DNA of 58,523 nucleotides from an uncultured Bdellovibrionales bacterium (GTDB lineage Bacteria; Bdellovibrionota_C; UBA2361; SZUA-149): NCBI GenBank assembly GCA_965366815.1, contig CBDUGV010000004.1, positions 1 to 58,523 of the forward strand, read 5' to 3'. Shown piece by piece: positions 55,796 to 58,523 of this stretch (position 1 is its first letter; each line of letters starts with the position of its first letter). The notes under the pieces were generated by a model. It saw only the letters and a program-made list of their open reading frames with translations, ran no database searches and was not told where the DNA came from. The position numbers and the translations under genes were made by a program.

Positions 55796-57289
55796 ATGAA
55801 TTCTACGGCATTCTTTAATTCACTCATGCGAACATTTGGCGCTGCGGATCCGACAAGCCGCGACCCGATCATGTTAATCCTTCTATTATTGAGTTTTCTT
55901 GCCCTCTACGCAGGAGTCACGGCCATTAGTATGGTTCGCAAGCGAAACGAATCTCAAGACATACGAGACCTTCGGCTACGCTTACAAGAAATCTCACTGC
56001 TGGTCGAAGATCTCAATGGCAGAATCGCCAATGGGAAAGCTCGTATTGACAAACGCACCCTGTATCTCGAGGAGAAAATTAAACTACTCGAAGCGATTGA
56101 ATCCCAAGTGCGACACCTGAGCAAGAATTCCCAAAAGGCACTCGATAAAGCGACAAGCTACCTAGAAGATCGCGTGTACGAGATTGAACGCTCGGTTGAA
56201 GACATCAGTCGTAGCAAAGGGCCTTCGATGAATTTCGAAGACGACGCCGATGAAACGATTGAGGTTCAGGAAGAAGTCGAGCCAATGGTCTTTGCACTAG
56301 AAGAATCTGACACTGACGATGACGGACGAATTAGTCTCTTAACCGCACTCGGTGGCTCTCGAAACCTCTTTACCATGAAGTTCAAGCAACTCTTGGAACA
56401 GCAAGGTGATCTTGGCGACAAGATGTTCTACGCTGGCCTGCAAGACCTCCTCTTTAACAGCGGTCTTGGAGCATCTGCATCGGCGACTTTGCTGGAGAAA
56501 ATAAAGCTCGCAACCAACGATAGTCCGAGCGGCGCGAGTGGGGAGCTTATTCGCACAGCGATTGAAAAAGGCATTACCAAAATAGCGTCTTTTGAAGAGC
56601 AAGAAGATATCACTGCTGAAAAAGTCTCGGGCCTGCCAAAGGTAATCGTCGTAGTCGGAGCCCAAGGGGCCGGTAAGACGACGGTCGTTGCTCGGCTTGG
56701 TCGCTATTTTCAGAAGCAAGGAGGAAAGGTCCTATTGTGTTCCTCATCCAGCGCACGGTTTGACGAGGAAGTAGCCCTGAACGAACTTGCTACACGCTTC
56801 AACGTCGATATTCACAACGAACCCGCCAGCGTAAAACCCAAATCCGTCGCCTACAAGGCCTTACACCGGGCTCAAGACGAAGGATACGATCTTTTACTCG
56901 TAGATACGGTAGCACTCGATGAAAAAGGTAAGCGCATCGCAGAAGTAGAATCAGTGCTCACCATGCTCTCTCGAGAGCAACCGAATGCGCCGCATCAAGT
57001 CTTACTCGCAGTAGAAACTGCTACCGGCGAAGATGTTATCAAGCAGCGCATGCAACTCGAGGATAGAATACATCTTACTGGTAGTTGTATTACGAAACTA
57101 GATACAAGTAAGCGCGCTGGGAAACTGGTTGGTATTCACTGCGCACTCAACTTGCCAATTCGATTTGTAAGCTTCGGAACAGGTGCGGCGAGTTTGGAGC
57201 CGTTCTCAGCAGCGGAGTTCAGCTACGCGTTGTTCTATGACGCGGGAATGGAATTCTCGACAGACGGCTGGGAAGGCGCGTCCGCTTAA
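55796..57289 (+). CDS. Membrane-anchored FtsY-like SRP-GTPase paralogue with degenerate G motifs
   Basis: TM, coiled coil, acidic linker, N domain, GAQGAGKTT, TKLD, FVSFGTG. DTFRAAA and DTAGR are not conserved. Start uncertain (ORF track 55715). Confidence 0.75.
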   Translation: MNSTAFFNSLMRTFGAADPTSRDPIMLILLLLSFLALYAGVTAISMVRKRNESQDIRDLRLRLQEISLLVEDLNGRIANGKARIDKRTLYLEEKIKLLEAIESQVRHLSKNSQKALDKATSYLEDRVYEIERSVEDISRSKGPSMNFEDDADETIEVQEEVEPMVFALEESDTDDDGRISLLTALGGSRNLFTMKFKQLLEQQGDLGDKMFYAGLQDLLFNSGLGASASATLLEKIKLATNDSPSGASGELIRTAIEKGITKIASFEEQEDITAEKVSGLPKVIVVVGAQGAGKTTVVARLGRYFQKQGGKVLLCSSSSARFDEEVALNELATRFNVDIHNEPASVKPKSVAYKALHRAQDEGYDLLLVDTVALDEKGKRIAEVESVLTMLSREQPNAPHQVLLAVETATGEDVIKQRMQLEDRIHLTGSCITKLDTSKRAGKLVGIHCALNLPIRFVSFGTGAASLEPFSAAEFSYALFYDAGMEFSTDGWEGASA

Positions 57290-57295
57290 CACAAC

Positions 57296-57940
57296 TTACT
57301 CTCGCGCAACGAATACTTCAACTCGGCGATTCTCTCTGCGACCCTCATCACTTTCATTCGAAGCAACTGGTTTGGTATGGGCGTAGCCTGCTACGGAAAT
57401 TCGCTTTGCAGGAATGCCTGCATCAATCAGCACACGCGCAACAGAAATCGCTCGAGCAGCAGATAATTCCCAGTTCGATGGAAATCTGCCACCACTAATC
57501 GGCACATCATCCGTATGGCCGGCAATCTGGATGTCCGCCACAGCCGATGACAAGGGTTCAACTATCCGACCTAACACTTCGTGCGCCTCGGACGACAATT
57601 CATCGCTTCCGGTGAGAAACGTCGCACCACCAAGCGACAGCAGGGTGCCATTTTCAAGCTCGCGCACCTGCATCTCCTCGCTCGCCTGCACCACACCTGC
57701 AAGCTCAGCACTCAGCGAAACTCCAGGTGTCTCGCTATTTGCAACAGTCGCGTTTGATGGCTGTACTTTCAAGAGATCGATCAATCGCTCAGTATCTAAA
57801 GAAGAAACTGAGATTCGCAATACGAAAAAAGCCAGTAAGAGTGTAAGTAGATCGGAGAACGTCATCATCCAAGCAGTCGATGATATCTCATGAACGGCCT
57901 CATTGCGCCTACGGATTCGTGCAGTCCTTCTCTGTTGCAA
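57296..57940 (-). CDS. motB: MotB family stator subunit
   Basis: WMMTFSDLLTLLLAFFVL, IAGHTDDVPI, FPSNWELSAARA, RRENRRVEV. Confidence 0.9.
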   Translation of the reverse strand: MQQRRTARIRRRNEAVHEISSTAWMMTFSDLLTLLLAFFVLRISVSSLDTERLIDLLKVQPSNATVANSETPGVSLSAELAGVVQASEEMQVRELENGTLLSLGGATFLTGSDELSSEAHEVLGRIVEPLSSAVADIQIAGHTDDVPISGGRFPSNWELSAARAISVARVLIDAGIPAKRISVAGYAHTKPVASNESDEGRRENRRVEVFVARE

Positions 57941-57942
57941 TC

Positions 57943-58521
57943 CTAAGACCTCCCCGTCGCGCCGAAGAGCAAGAGCACCACTCGTCGATTGTTGGCTCGG
58001 CCATCAGCAGTCTCATTGCTCGCGGTTGGACGAAACTCTGCTCTCCCGGCCGCCGAGAGCCGACTCTCCGGGATACCGCGTGAGAGAAAAAATCGCAGCA
58101 CAGATACCGCCCGCGCAGTCGACAACTCCCAATTTGAAGGGAAACGAGCAGTTTGGATCGGTTGATCGTCCGTATGCCCTTCAATACTCACGGAAAGCTC
58201 GAGTGCGGCGATACGATCCACCAGCTCAGCTAGAACTGCTAAGCTCTCAGTTCTAATAGTATCATCGCCACTGTCAAACAAGGCGGCTCCTGGCATCGTG
58301 ATTCGCAAATGGTCTTTCTCCCGAACAACTTCGAACTTCGCTTCACGTGCCGTCGCTTCGATTCCTTCTTTTTTACTCGCAGCAGTATTCTGACTGGCAA
58401 ACTGTTCGGCAAGAGAATCAAGCAGATCGGACTGGCGCAGGGTATCTGGCACAGCGATGGCATCGAGGAAGATAAAGAATGCCAGGAGAATTAGTGACAA
58501 ACTGGTAAACGAAAGAGTAAA
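57943..58521 (-). CDS. MotB-like paralogue lacking the TM aspartate, 5'-truncated by the window edge
   Basis: Frame is open to the edge (FTLSFTSLSLILLAFFIFL); EGHTDDQPI, FPSNWELSTARA, RANNRRVVL. Confidence 0.85.
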   Translation of the reverse strand, partial: FTLSFTSLSLILLAFFIFLDAIAVPDTLRQSDLLDSLAEQFASQNTAASKKEGIEATAREAKFEVVREKDHLRITMPGAALFDSGDDTIRTESLAVLAELVDRIAALELSVSIEGHTDDQPIQTARFPSNWELSTARAVSVLRFFLSRGIPESRLSAAGRAEFRPTASNETADGRANNRRVVLLLFGATGRS

Positions 58522-58523
58522 CG

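Noticed and set aside
55715-57289. Calling this gene flhF or canonical ftsY
   Set aside because: The N domain and TKLD/GTG are FtsY-like rather than FlhF-like, but the catalytic DTFRAAA and DTAGR motifs are lost.
1-58523. CRISPR arrays, rRNA, IS elements, integrases, prophage or defence systems
   Set aside because: No spaced direct repeats, rRNA signatures, transposase, integrase or phage motifs were seen. The only tandem repeats found are short coding ones.

Overview
58.5 kb of compact bacterial chromosome. The diderm gene set (OmpA, LspA, lipoproteins) and the protein style suggest a deltaproteobacterial or Bdellovibrionota-like organism; that placement is inference only. I found no rRNA, tRNA, CRISPR array, prophage or transposase. 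Housekeeping genes (folE, crcB, def-fmt-rpe-plsY, clpX, ileS-lspA, DEAD-box helicase, aroF) are interleaved with surface and secretion modules. (1) A minimal, translationally coupled Tad/Flp pilus operon (cpaE-flp-cpaB-tadA-tadB-tadC), bracketed by two paralogous proteins resembling PilB/GspE N-terminal domains without an ATPase. (2) Three tandem glycine-zipper lipoproteins. (3) A divergent non-flagellar type III secretion module: sigma-28-like factor, SctJ, split SctQ-like pair, TWO SctF needle-like subunits, SctV, TPR lipoprotein and GT2. It sits beside a degenerate FtsY-like GTPase and two MotB paralogues, one lacking the proton-carrying Asp. An oddity at small scale is a 12-residue peptide (AFPILFLGFWRL) encoded twice 377 bp apart, with 9 synonymous and 0 non-synonymous differences. 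All family calls come from motif recognition, not database searches.
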